Assembly: GCA_002269645.1 (NCBI GenBank)
Contig: NIVC01003535.1
Span: forward strand, 1 to 64,000
Origin: Macrostomum lignano
Lineage: Eukaryota
Length of the DNA stretch: 64,000 bases
Direction: 5' to 3'
Position numbers and translations under genes: made by a program. The notes under the pieces were generated by a model. That model had not been told where the DNA came from. It did no database searches and worked only from the letters and a program-made list of their open reading frames with translations. Shown one piece after another: positions 49,990-61,878 of this stretch. Every line of letters begins with the position of its first letter. Position 1 is the stretch's first letter.

Positions 49990-51117
49990 CTGACCTGCCG
50001 GTTCGTGACTCGACCGCAGGTCAAAAGACCTGTTCGCGGCTTGCCCGCGCACCCGTCCGTAATATCCGATGCCGGGACGAGAATGTCGAAGTTTTGGCAG
50101 CAGCTGAGCTGCCTCCATCATCACCCGATTTGGTGCCAGCTTCTGCTGATCTTGCCGACCAGTCTTGCCACTTCGTTTCGACAACACGTAGCTGCGCAAA
50201 GGAGGCAGTTGCTTAGATTGTTGCCACGTTGGAGTTGAATCCGATTGTTCAAATTCATTGCACTTCTTCTCTTCCGAGTTGTCATCATCCTGAAAAGCTT
50301 CTCGGACCTCTACTTTCATTGTTGGTAGCTTTATGTCTTGCTCCTTTTTGTGCTCTAGCTGCTTTCTATTATCACTGTCTTCGTGGCGTTTCACAAACTC
50401 CGCTTCCCGGTGCTTCATATCGTCTTCTTCCTTGCGCTCCGCATTCTCTTCTTCATGGTGCTTTGAAGCCTCTTTTTCCAGATGCTCTGCATCCTCGTCT
50501 CCTTGGTGCTCCACGTCCTCGTCTCCCTGGAGCTCTGCATCCTCGTCTCCCTGGCGCTCTGCATCCTCGTCTCCCTGGCGCTCTGCATCCTCGTCTCCCT
50601 GATGCTCTGCATCTTCGTCTCCCTGATGCTCTGCATCCTCGTCTCCCTGATGCTCTGCATCCTCGTCTCCCTGATGCTCTGCATCCTCGTCTCCTTGGTG
50701 CTCCACGTCCTCGTCTCCCTGATGCTCTGCATCCTCGTCTCCCTGATGCTCTGCATCCTCGTCTCCCTGATGCTCTGCATCCTCGTCTCCTTGGTGCTCC
50801 ACGTCCTCGTCTCCCTGGAGCTCTGCATCCTCGTCTCCCTGGCGCTCTGCATCCTCGTCTCCCTGATGCTCTGCATCTTCGTCTCCCTGATGCTCTGCAT
50901 CCTCGTCTCCCTGATGCTCTGCATCCTCGTCTCCCTGATGCTCTGCATCCTCGTCTCCTTGGTGCTCCACGTCCTCGTCTCCCTGATGCTCTGCATCCTC
51001 GTCTCCTTGGTGCTCCACGTCCTCGTCTCCCTGATGCTCTGATTTTTCTTCTCCTCGATGCATCGCTTTCGCTTCTTCGTCTTCACGATTCTGATTCTCA
51101 GCTTCTTGACTCGTCAT
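49990..51117 (-). CDS. Acidic, His-containing low-complexity protein with 23 HQGDEDAE-type repeats (large exon; gene ends uncertain)
   Basis: ORF 49867-51117. Non-repeat flanks in the same frame share the E/D/K/H composition. A perfect CAG|GTAAGT phase-0 donor lies at 49990|49989. Confidence 0.6.
50485..51036. repeat. 24-bp tandem repeat, 23 copies (coding)
   Basis: Plus-strand unit GATGCTCTGCATCCTCGTCTCCCT. Confidence 0.95.
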
Positions 51118-52645
51118 CTTGCCGTTTCGATCTTGATTTTCTACGCTCTGGTTGCTGGTCTGTTAATCTCTCTGCTTTTTTTCAGTGGAAATGTTGATTT
51201 GCTTTTTTAGCTTTTCTTTTCTGCATAAATTACTTCAAAAAAGAGCCCGCGCAGGTGGCTCAGGTTGCTAAGGCTCGGGGCAAGGCGTTCTGGGGGTGGT
51301 CTTTACTTCAATTCACCTTGCGCACCTAGGCAAGGGTTTTAAACGATGAAGAAAAAACGCGCGCAGCTGGCAGGGAGATGCTTCAATTAACCAGTTTATC
51401 GCAGTGGGGTAGACTCTGATCTGCCTTGCCCATTTCCAGTCTGTCTCAAATTACAGTATCTTTCGTCCAAGCGAAATGCCACAATGCCAAACTGTAGGGT
51501 CAGAGTCTGCCTTGCCCAGCGAGAGCTTTAATATTATTTAATACAATATAATTTGACAAGACCAAGCGGCAGACAATATGCTGTTTGGCGAATGCTCTAC
51601 AGACGGGTGTCGCAGGATAAAAAATTGTATGGAACCGTGAGAACTACGCTTGTTTAATTCCTTTCATCGCAGAAAGAACCCGAAGTTTCAGCAGAAAAAT
51701 GTGTTGTGAGCGAACACCCTGCAAACAAGAGTTTGATGATTGATCGTTAATCAATGCAATGTATTTTCTCCGGTTAGGGGTCGATATCAATGACGGGAAA
51801 TGGAAAGTACGTGACCAGCACTTCCGTGTTGGTTAACTACGTAACTAATAAAGTTGTTTTCAGCATTTCGATTGGTAAAGTAATAAAACAATGTATATGA
51901 AATGCCCTTAATGCTACTTTCACTAGTCAATCGATCAGACCTACCGCATAGTAATGGGGGAGCGCGACAATTGCACGACTGCTATAAATTAACTTGCCGA
52001 GAATTTAGGTTAGGGTTTAAAACAAATTTAGGATAGGGCTAGGTTCAGCAGTCAATTGATGACAATCAAATTATTGATGGTAAATTGTCGTAGGCCCCAG
52101 TAAGGTTAATCTTACCCTCCTAGATGGCTATTATCAAAATATAGTTGCACCCCCCTTAACTCTTTCATCAAGAAGAGTTTAAGTAATTTTCTTTCATCCC
52201 AACGAAACTGCTTTACCTTTTTCTGCTGTGCTGCTACAGAGAGCTACCAGGACTGTATGTACCTTAAACATGAATTGAGCCCCAAGATCTAACCTAAATG
52301 CAAGTTTCAGTGATTTATTCAAACTCACTGAAAGTTTGCGCGCATTTTTCGTCACCACCAAGTGTTGCAAGGTTGGCTGTTGAACCCTGGACAACGCGCT
52401 TGCAAGTAAGGGGTGGGGGTTGTTAAGTTTGTTTAATTGTAACTATCGAGCTATACCAAAGCCTGACTTGACCGACACCACGCCACCAACCGATTCTGCT
52501 GCGTATTAAACATAAACAAAAATTCAACTTTGTCAGGGCGCTTTCAAATAGCTAAAACGATACGCAATTTCTGGAGTCCTCGGGTCTTTCCTCACAATTG
52601 CTGTCTGTTGCCCAGTTAGTACTGCTTCAAGTTTCAGCCGCACAA

Positions 52646-52818
52646 ATGGGAAATACTGTGGACAAAATGCGTCAGCGAGAATTGGCTAAACGCGAGTCGA
52701 AACGCGAAGAGTTGGTGGCGTTTCTGGAGAGCAGCAAGCGACGGCACAGCCTACTGGAGGTTAACGGACAGCTTGGTGCTGATGAGGCTCAGCAAGCTTA
52801 CTTTGCAGACGGTGACAG
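52646..52818 (+). CDS. Uncharacterised 230-aa charged/acidic protein, exon 1
   Basis: MGNTVDKMRQRELAKRESKREELVAFLESSKRRHSLLEVNGQLGADEAQQAYFADGD; AG|GTAGCC phase-2 donor. Confidence 0.8.
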
Positions 52819-53023
52819 GTAGCCTATCCTCTTTCAGTGACTCATATGAAGTCAATTTTGGTTTCAAAAGTATGTTTCTGTTCATGTAAATTGTTATAGG
52901 TTTGGAAGCGTTGCAGATGCCGCAAACATCCCTCCTTGTCAAATTTTTTATAGTGCGGTGGTCAACTATTGATAATAATTGCATTAGGTGATACGCTCGT
53001 ACTCAAATTCAAATTTCTTTCAG

Positions 53024-53283
53024 ACAAGCGGCCTTCGCTCGAGGCCAGCTAGCTGCGCAGGTTCTGGATGGGGACGATGATCACAGGCTGACTGACCGAG
53101 AGCGCGAAGCTTGGCTCTACCGAATGGAAAACGAAGCGCTGGAAGTCATGAACGACAATATGGAGTTGCAGGAGGAGCGTCGGCGAGAGCGAGAGAGGCG
53201 CGAAGAACGACGCGAGGAGCTGGAGAACATGGGTGTGGATGGGATGGGCGATCCGGACCACGATGATGGCAATGCCAACCGAG
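53024..53283 (+). CDS. Uncharacterised 230-aa protein, exon 2 (coiled-coil-like)
   Basis: TTTCTTTCAG| acceptor; open for 260 nt: RQAAFARGQLAAQVLDG...EERRRERERREERREELENMG...; G|GTTAGC donor. Confidence 0.82.
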
Positions 53284-53316
53284 GTTAGCTATCGAGATTT
53301 GATTTGATTTTTTGGA

Positions 53317-54346
53317 TCAACCAACCAAATAACCAACCAACCAACCAACCAACTAACCAACCAACCAACCAACCAACCAACCAACCAATCAACCAACCAA
53401 CCAACCAATCAACCAACCAACCAACCAACCAACCAATCAACCAACCAACCAACCAACCAACCAACCAAACAACCAACCAACCAACCAATCAACCAACCAA
53501 CCAACCAACCAACCAATCAACCAACCAACCAACCAACCAACCAACCAACCAACCAACCAACCAACCAACCAACCAACTAACCAACCAACCAACCAACCAA
53601 CCAACCAACCAATCAACCAACCAACCAACCAACCAACCAATCAACCAACCAACCAACCAACCAACCAACCAACCAACCAACCAACCAACCAACTAACCAA
53701 CCAACCAACCAACCAACCAACCAACCAACCAGCCAGCCAACCAACCAACCAACCAACCAACCAATCAACCAACCAACCAACCAATCAACCAACCAACCAA
53801 CCAACCAACCAACCAACCAACCAACCAACCAACCAACCAACCAACCAACCAACCAACCAACCAACCAACCAACCAACCAACCAACCAACCAACCAACCAA
53901 CCAACCAATCAACCAACCAACCAACCAACCAACCAACCAACCAACCAACCAACCAACCAACCAACCAACCAACCAACCAACCAACCAATCAACCAACCAA
54001 CCAACTAACCAACCAATCAACCAACCAACCAACCAACCAACCAACCAACCAACCAACCAACCAACCAATCAACCAACCAACCAACCAACCAACCAACCAA
54101 CCAACCAACCAACCAACCAATCAACCAACCAACCAACCAACCAACCAACCAACCAACCAACCAACCAACCAACCAACCAACCAACCAACCAACCAACCAA
54201 CCAACCAACCAACCAGCCAGCCAACCAACCAACCAACCAACCAACCAACCAATCAACCAACCAACCAACCAATCAACCAACCAACCAACCAACCAACCAA
54301 CCAACCAACCAACCAACCAACCAACCAACCAACCAACCAACCAACC
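53317..54346. repeat. (AACC)n tetranucleotide microsatellite, ~1 kb, intronic
   Basis: Visible directly, with sparse AATC, AACT and AGCC variants. Confidence 0.97.
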
Positions 54347-54348
54347 AG

Positions 54349-54608
54349 ACGAGCCACTGCAGGATGAGCGTTCCCCAGTCTCCTCTCGTCAAAGTAGCTT
54401 AGCGGTTTCCGACGACGACGATACAGCCGATGACGATTTTGCAAGCGATGAGCCCGATGACGATGACTTCGAAGAAGAAGTGGACGCCGACGAGCCGGCT
54501 GATGAAGCATCAGTCGGAGCGGAGTCGGACCGTGACGAACCTGAGCCGATGATCGAAGAAACTGGAGGAGGAGACGATGAGGAGCAGCGTCGCGGAGAGT
54601 ATGAGTAA
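54349..54608 (+). CDS. Uncharacterised 230-aa protein, exon 3 (Asp/Glu-rich tail)
   Basis: CCAACCAG| then in frame [25 protein letters not shown]...QRRGEYE*; TAA at 54606-08. Confidence 0.8.
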
Positions 54609-56993
54609 AACTTGCAGTGGTCAGTTTTTCACTTTGAGCTGCACAACGGTCAAATCGCCACGGACATTTCTTGTATTTCTCTTCCTTATGTACAGAAATG
54701 TATAAAGGACAAAACAAGTAATGATCCCAAGATACGATTTCAATGAACGCCTACATGTACGAGTATTAAATAGTTGGCCACTATCTCCAGTTCTTTCTAT
54801 GATTTCAATAAGCTTACACGTATGTTTGTAGAAGTACTTTCACTTTCCAGCATGTAAGATAGAAAGACTTTATATACTAAGGTAGAAAATAGATACTACA
54901 GCTACACGAAACTGTGAATAGATTCAACTATTCAGTTGAATTGCTTTTGACTCTTTCTGCCCTTCTAAGGGCCGGATGAAAGCATTATGCCGGCGCTTAA
55001 GATGACATCCCCATTCACCCCAGCAACTCAAAATGATTCGGAACTCAAAACATGGCAACATTGTGATTGGCTAATGATCGAGAGTTTAGTAATTTAACTT
55101 TTTTTCCAATATGCCAAAAATTAAGCGTTTCTTATCTACCATGTAGTATCGTATGTACGAGTAATTTGTAAGAAAGATCGGTAAATTACGCGGAGTTACT
55201 TAAAAAACTGGTAAAGCTTTACGTACTACGGATATTACTCGTAATTTATTTTCACTGTCTGTATTTTTGCAAATAATAATGGGAGGTTAGCGAAATCTAT
55301 TCTGTCAGAAATTTAAACAACACACTATTGACTATATGTACATATAGTACTCGCTTTGCTGCAATGGCAATTAACGTCTTGGTTATTCTTATTTCTATTT
55401 CATTTGTCTATGAAACATACGGTACATACAGTATGTATAATATGAACCACATGAACTACATGTAGATTACATTCAGATGGACAGATCATCTTCATCTAAA
55501 CTGAGCGTGACGCGCTTGGGTTGACGTCGACTATATGTAACGGAATAAGTGTGGGTGAGATTGCATGGCCTGGACGGGACATGGACAACCAGCAAAAACG
55601 GCTCACCTAGCGAAATGTTAATTGAGAGGGTAAGAAAATACACGTATCCATGTAAAAGAAAGAAGCAAGTGTGCCATTGTGCCTGCTAACCGCTTAGGGC
55701 GCCCCCAACAGGGTGTCTCTAAGGTGGCTCCCAGGGAAGTCGGGCCATTCCGAGGCCACGAGCTGGCCAATGGCCTGGCCGAGATTGCTCGACCAGTGAT
55801 CGGGATCCTCATGGCTCCCTGCTCCCACCCATACCGCCGTTGTCACCCTGCACTTGGATTAACTGCCGTGGGTTACATCTAAGCATAGGGAAAGGGGCAT
55901 GGGCTAACAGCCCACCTCCTGAGCTGCTGTTCCCTGTCACTCCCCCGCCCACCGCGGCTGATTGCATGGACTTAACAACTGCAGGGACATCTGCAGGGCG
56001 GTAACGGTAACCATGACCCTCTCAGTCATAGCTGCTTCACTGCTTTGCATTGTTACTTCCATGAAAAATCTGCAGTGATTCTGCATGCATAAAAAATCGT
56101 TGCATTTAATCATTTTCAGCAAAATGCGTAGTTTTATTTGATCAAGACTTTATGGCCGGGCCCACTGAGTGGGCCCATCTTGTTGATATTTATCGTCTTT
56201 GATTTCGTTTTAGCCACTCTGTGGTGTGGGCCGACTTCATACTCGAAGAATTTGGTTATAGAGACAATCGGGATAAACTTCTACTCAAAATATTTATATT
56301 TGTAACATCGTTTTGACATCAGTCATCGACAAGCACGATATTTAAAAAAGCGTGACTCAAATTGTCGCATTATATCAAAGTTTTTTTTATTGTTTTTGGT
56401 GTCAGTTTTGACTTAAAGTAAAAACACAATTTTGTATAAGAGAAAAAATATGTTATAAATATTTATTTATTAATATCTACAGTTTACAAGCTTCTAAAGC
56501 CAGTCAATATTGCCAGTAAAATAATAGAATATAATAATAGAATGATCAGACATCATTACCTGATGAACAATGAATATTAATAAATATATTTTTTCTGAGT
56601 AATCATTAAATGATATTTAAAATGTCTTAATTTTTAATCACGATATATTTATATAGGCCTACAGTAGACTAGTACTCGAAAATAGGCTTAGCCCTAGTTA
56701 CTAATATAATTTTTTAAATAGCAAGAGATACAGACTGAATACTAATAAAAATACCCTTTACTTTCTGCATTCTTTGAGAAACATTAGTCCCCCTATTTTT
56801 TGCTGTCAAGTTGAACTTGAAGAAAGTTAGAGGTGTAGCAAGTCCTAGGCTACACTATACTAGCCTAGTAGTCTGATAATTCTTACTTAGTCTCAAATCA
56901 TAAAATTGTGCTTTGATTGTCAAAATTGTCATTTGACATGTTACTAGCATCAAACTATTACTGTTTAGCCCTACAAAGCATTTACTATCAATA

Positions 56994-57092
56994 ATGCTAG
57001 ACTCTCTGCAATTTGCATTAAACCAAATAGAAAATTTGGTTGGTTCCCTTAACAAAAAGACTTTAAAGCAGTCAATTTCTGAAATTACTCAG
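56994..57092 (+). CDS. CNOT1: CCR4-NOT subunit 1, first coding exon
   Basis: MLDSLQFALNQIENLVGSLNKKTLKQSISEITQ aligns with the known CNOT1 start [43 protein letters not shown] donor, phase 0. Confidence 0.9.
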
Positions 57093-58605
57093 GTAAGTTC
57101 TACTAAAATTAATAAGAGTAATAATATGTCCTAAATTATCTAATGTCTTCATTAAGTTATATTTTATAAATATTTTAGGTTAAGGTAAAGAAAGTTTTAT
57201 ATTGAGTAAAGTTTATGCATGATGCATTAATAGAAAGTCAATATGAAATGATTTGTTAAAAAACATTTTTGCCAAGTTTATTTACCAAAAACCTTGCCAA
57301 AACATGATTTGTGTTTATATACATGGTAGCCATCTACCTAATGTTTTAATTGCCTACATGGCAGTCTGCATCTTGTAAATAATATATTATATACTATTCT
57401 AATCATTGAAAATTAATATTCAAATTAACAAAAAATAGCAATAAATTAAAATTATATAGGCCCTAATATTTAGCTAAAGGATAAAACAGGTAACAGCTTA
57501 TTAATTAAATTAATAGCAATATGCAAATATGAAGGAAAGGGTCTAATTTGCTATAGGCCTATTGCCCTTTTGTCCCACTTTTGAATCTTAAATAAATACT
57601 AGAAAATTCTATCATATAATGGACTTGAAAAATGGTTGGCATAAAGTATCTAGCGTATAAAACAATCCATTATAAAATTATGCCATAGAGCTAGTATATG
57701 GTATAGCTATTATTGGCATACAATAGACCAAAAAATGTTATAATACAAAAAGGGTCTTATATTGTTGCAATACAAAAAGGTCTTTATTTGTCACAAAGCA
57801 AAGAAGGTTATTGTTGTTGCAATGCTTTTTTGATAATGTCCAGTATATAGATCACAAGTAAATTTGTTTTTTTTTTCTGTTATAAATTTAAATTTATAGT
57901 GTAGGGCAATGGTTCTCACAAGTGGAGTAAACTGCTGCTATGCCTATAAGCTCTCTGTTTATATGAATGTTTATAATAGAATATATGTAAATTTAGCAAT
58001 AAACAAATTTAGTGATAGAAATGTAATATAGACAAATTTGGAAAAAAAGCAAATTTGGTAATAATCTAAACAAATTTAGCAATAAGTCTTTTATAAAACT
58101 AAAGTTAACATAGCTAAAGTTAAAACAAATTATATATAAAGCTTTTTTAAATACTTGTGAAAAGTCTATTTTCTCGAAAATTTTGCTTTGCATTTCTGTC
58201 CAATTTCTTAAAGCCATTGTTTTATTTAGATAGACTCAATGACAAGTCAAATGCCTATTATCTTATTTGATTATTAGTTTAACAGTCCTTTGCTATGTAT
58301 AATCAATGTATATCATACCCAAGTGACTAATCAATTGACCTATTCAGTGATTTTATTTTACTAAACTAAAGCCCTTATGACCTTTGGTAGAAAAATACAT
58401 TCAATCAAAATAAATTAGGTAGTCCCATATCTTTTTTTATTTTTTATTAGAGGCAGGGGGGTTGTGTGCACCCTGGTGCACTTTAAGCAACATAGGCACA
58501 CAACCGGCGAGAGGCATTACTGCCCATTCCGCTGACTCCCTTAAGCAGGCATACAAGTGCGCAGATGCGTACGCAGGCACACAATCACACAGGAGTGTAC
58601 AGCAG

Positions 58606-58800
58606 CCCTAACTTTATATTATCATTAGGCATGTACACTTCATTGCGCCTTGGGGGGTTGGCTCTCAAGGTCATTAATTGCACAAGCAGAGCCAAGCCGA
58701 GATTCCAATCCAGCCCCAAATTAATGTGACTGCACTTGGAATCAAGCCTGGGTTGCTGGCACACCAGAACAGCTGTGCTACTGCTGGGTTATGGCCCCCC
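58606..58800 (-). mobile_element. Second SINE-like family, copy 2 (more diverged)
   Basis: Shares GGCATGTACAC...AGCAGAGCCAAG...GTGACTGCACTTGGAATC with 48812-49001. Confidence 0.6.
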
Positions 58801-58962
58801 TGTCCCACATCTTGAAAAATGAATTAAAATTTCTTCAAAAGCATAAATGAAAAGCATTGTTTAGATAAAACAAACTCAATTTAAAGGGAAAGCTAGATTT
58901 GACTAATACTATTGTATCAAAATAATTAGTAGCATTATGAGTGATACACATTTTTTTCTTTA

Positions 58963-59122
58963 TTGTTGCCAAGTTTGACTAGGGGCCTAGATTGTTGCCA
59001 AGTTTGACTAGGGGCCTAGATTGTTGCCAAGTTTGACTAGGGGCCTAGATTGTTGCCAAGTTTGACTAGGGGCCTAGATTGTTGCCAAGTTTGACTAGGG
59101 GCCTAGATTGTTGCCAAATTTG
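58963..59122. repeat. 29-bp tandem repeat, ~5.5 copies
   Basis: Unit TTGTTGCCAAGTTTGACTAGGGGCCTAGA. Confidence 0.95.
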
Positions 59123-60260
59123 TCCATAGTGAAACTCTTGCCAATGAAATGTATTTATTGCTAAATTGGTGAGCACCTATATAATATAGGACATGGATAG
59201 GGAAACAAGATCTTCATTTTAATGTTTTATATATTTTAACAATTTACATTTTAACATTTCAATGTTATTTGTTTTTTAGTTCATTTTTTTATTTATTCTC
59301 TTTGTCTATTATTGACTTTTGGCATATTAACTGCTACCAATATGATGCATGACATATGGGCAATACCTTATTAGGTAATCTTTCTTTACCTAATTATAAA
59401 TTCTATAATTCTTTTTTCATTTCCTATTTCAAAATCCTATCTCAAGTCATTAGATATTAGCCTTGGTAAATATAATTGAACATGAGCCAAAGAAATTTAT
59501 TATAATAATAGTTGTATCCTGGTTGGCTATATTTCTTTTTCTACTAACTCAGTAGCATGCTTGGGTGCAACTTTGGGATTCACTTAGCCATTTCTATTGG
59601 CAACACACACACACACACACACACACGTAAGTTGCTATTGGATAGAATAGTAGTCACATGCTAATAGAAACTCTGGGTGATTCTCAAGGTTGTGCATGTA
59701 TATTCAGTAGTATCATACATGTGCAATACCCATGTAGGGGCCTAGCCAAGGTAAGTTGCAAAAATGTTTACCCAAAAATAGACTTAATAGACTAAAAATT
59801 GAATTAATAAATTTACTAAACAAAAACTTTATGAATGAATGGACCCATTGTGATAGAACCAAGGGTAAGTTTTAATCATAGAATTAAACTATATTTTTAT
59901 TAATTGTATTGAAAAATGAAAAATGAATAAACACTTCTCTATATGCTTTGTTTATATCATATCACTCTATGTACTTTTTATCTTTGAAGAAAAAGTTATG
60001 TTATAAATTGAATATTCATTTACATAAAATGCTATATGCATAAAGTAAAAGGGCCTTTGCAATAGACCTTATAGATAAGAATCGTATATTAAGACTGGGG
60101 CAAAATTTTTTATGCATTAGCCCTAATAAGTGTATGGCTATATGCAGAATCAAATGCAGGTACTTCAGTGATGATGCATTTCAGTTAATCTATTTAGGTA
60201 GATTATCCCTAGCTTAATGGATAAAATCCAATTGTTCACATCATCATTAACTATTCCTAG

Positions 60261-60992
60261 TTGGTGAACCAGCACGGATTTGAGGCGGAGCGCCATCTGT
60301 ACAGATGCCTGTTCTCCAGCATAGATTTCTCAGCTGCCAACAGCGGCTCCGGCGGCTACGACCGTCACAGCGGCATCAAAGACTTTCTGCAAATCCAGCT
60401 GCTCACCCAGGAGATCAACAGCCTATTTGCTAAGCCCAATTTTGTCACTCTAATCTGCTACGCCATCGATCATCCGTTCTCAACACAGAAGACTCTCAGG
60501 CCCAACCAGAGTCTGCTGCCGCAGATTAGCAGGACTCTGAAACTAACCCGAGCTCACGAGGTGACTCTGGGCTTAGCCCTGCTGTTCTCACTGCGTCAGG
60601 AGACTCGCGATGCTGCTCAAACCTGGCTACAGGCTAAACTGCCCGACCTGCTGAGATCCTACGTCGATGCCGACACTGGCAGTCACGACATCAGCGTCGG
60701 CGGCGGCATCGGCATTGGCACAGCCGGCCTGCAGGAGATGAGCATCGAGATGGTGCACCTCATACTGACTAAGCTGCGCGAAGAGCAGTTGGCTACAAAA
60801 CGATTCGGCGCCAGTCCGGAACTTGTTGAAGCATTTCTACGCGTGTTGCGTAAAGATTTCCCTAAGCAGCGAGTGCCCGTAGTGCTGGCGCCGCTGCTCT
60901 ACTCGGAGGCCGAAGATCTGCCCGTGTCTAAAACATTTAGAGAGCCGAGCTCGCTACAACAGATGGTTGTTAGCTCGAATTCCGCTTTGCAG
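60261..60992 (+). CDS. CNOT1: CCR4-NOT subunit 1, second coding exon (gene continues beyond the window)
   Basis: LVNQHGFEAERHLYRCLFS...KPNF...KLPDLLRSYVDAD...DFPKQRVPVVLAPLLY matches the CNOT1 N-terminus; TTCCTAG| acceptor, CAG|GTGTGT donor. Confidence 0.95.
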
Positions 60993-61878
60993 GTGTGTGC
61001 GCGCGTGTTTACCTTTAGGGGGTGGGGGTAGAGAAATCACTAATCCAGACTAGGCTTTTACAAGAAGGCCCACAACACAAGAGTCTGGAGTGCCAACTCT
61101 TCCCCAAACCGCCTATTGTCAGAGAACTCAAGGACCACTATAGTATAACAGGACATGAAACTCAAAGATCGTGTAAATTTTTAGGATGCCGATTTCCTGG
61201 AAAACAATACACTTGCGTAGATAGGCAATAATCTTTTTCATAAAAAATCAATTATTGCATTTGATCTTAGTCAGTGAAGATTACCACAGTGTATATTTTC
61301 CAGGCAATAGGCCTCCATAAATACATTATATTTGAGTTTTATGTCCTGTTATACTACAACTGTGAGCTGTCTGCAGAGCCTCCAGTCTTGCCCGCAAAAG
61401 GTAGATTTTTAACAAATTTATAATGAATAATTAGTTCACACATGTCAGCCTACTAATGTCTAAAAATGGAGTTGCTTGGCAAAGGCTTGGCTCTTCAGGC
61501 TCTGCTTCTTGGCCTCCTTGGCTTTAATCACAGCTCTTTTCACCATACTGTGCCGCACCCTTTGTTACTGAAGATAGAGCCACCTGCTTTGAAGCTAATA
61601 AAGGGGGCCGGGCAAAGATTGAAATGTTATTCGATATCTAGCGAGCAAAAATAGAATTGAACACGTGTTTTTTAAACTTGATATTCGCTTGCTTAGTTGT
61701 GTTGTTTTATGGGTATCTTTTTTCCCTGCTCGATGTTAAGTAGCTACTCACAAGTAGTAAGCATAGTATACTGCATTTTATGTTCCATATTTTCTATAAT
61801 TCATATTTCATTTGAAAAATCAATAGTTTTATAGTAATTGAGATTCTTAGGTTTTCAAGGCTTCTATTATATAGGTTG

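Noticed and set aside
50229-51197. PRLPDALH, LCILVSLM and ETRMQSIR repeat ORFs overlapping the acidic repeat
   Set aside because: The 24-bp unit has no stop in these frames. The HQGDEDAE frame is the one whose non-repeat flanks match the repeat composition and end in a perfect GTAAGT donor.
53285-54340. NQPT and VGWL repeat ORFs
   Set aside because: Translations of (AACC)n. The flanking exons splice around the repeat in frame.
55536-55877. Possible 342-bp solo LTR (TGTAAC...GTTACA)
   Set aside because: The flanks (CTATA vs TCTAA) do not form a clean TSD and there is no second copy in the window. It would need a genome-wide search.
61470-61600. Minus-strand peptide GSIFSNKRV...KAKEAKKQSLKSQAFAK resembling part of ribosomal protein L19
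   Set aside because: Short Lys/Ala-rich match needing a gap, with no similarity upstream. It cannot be distinguished from chance without blastx.
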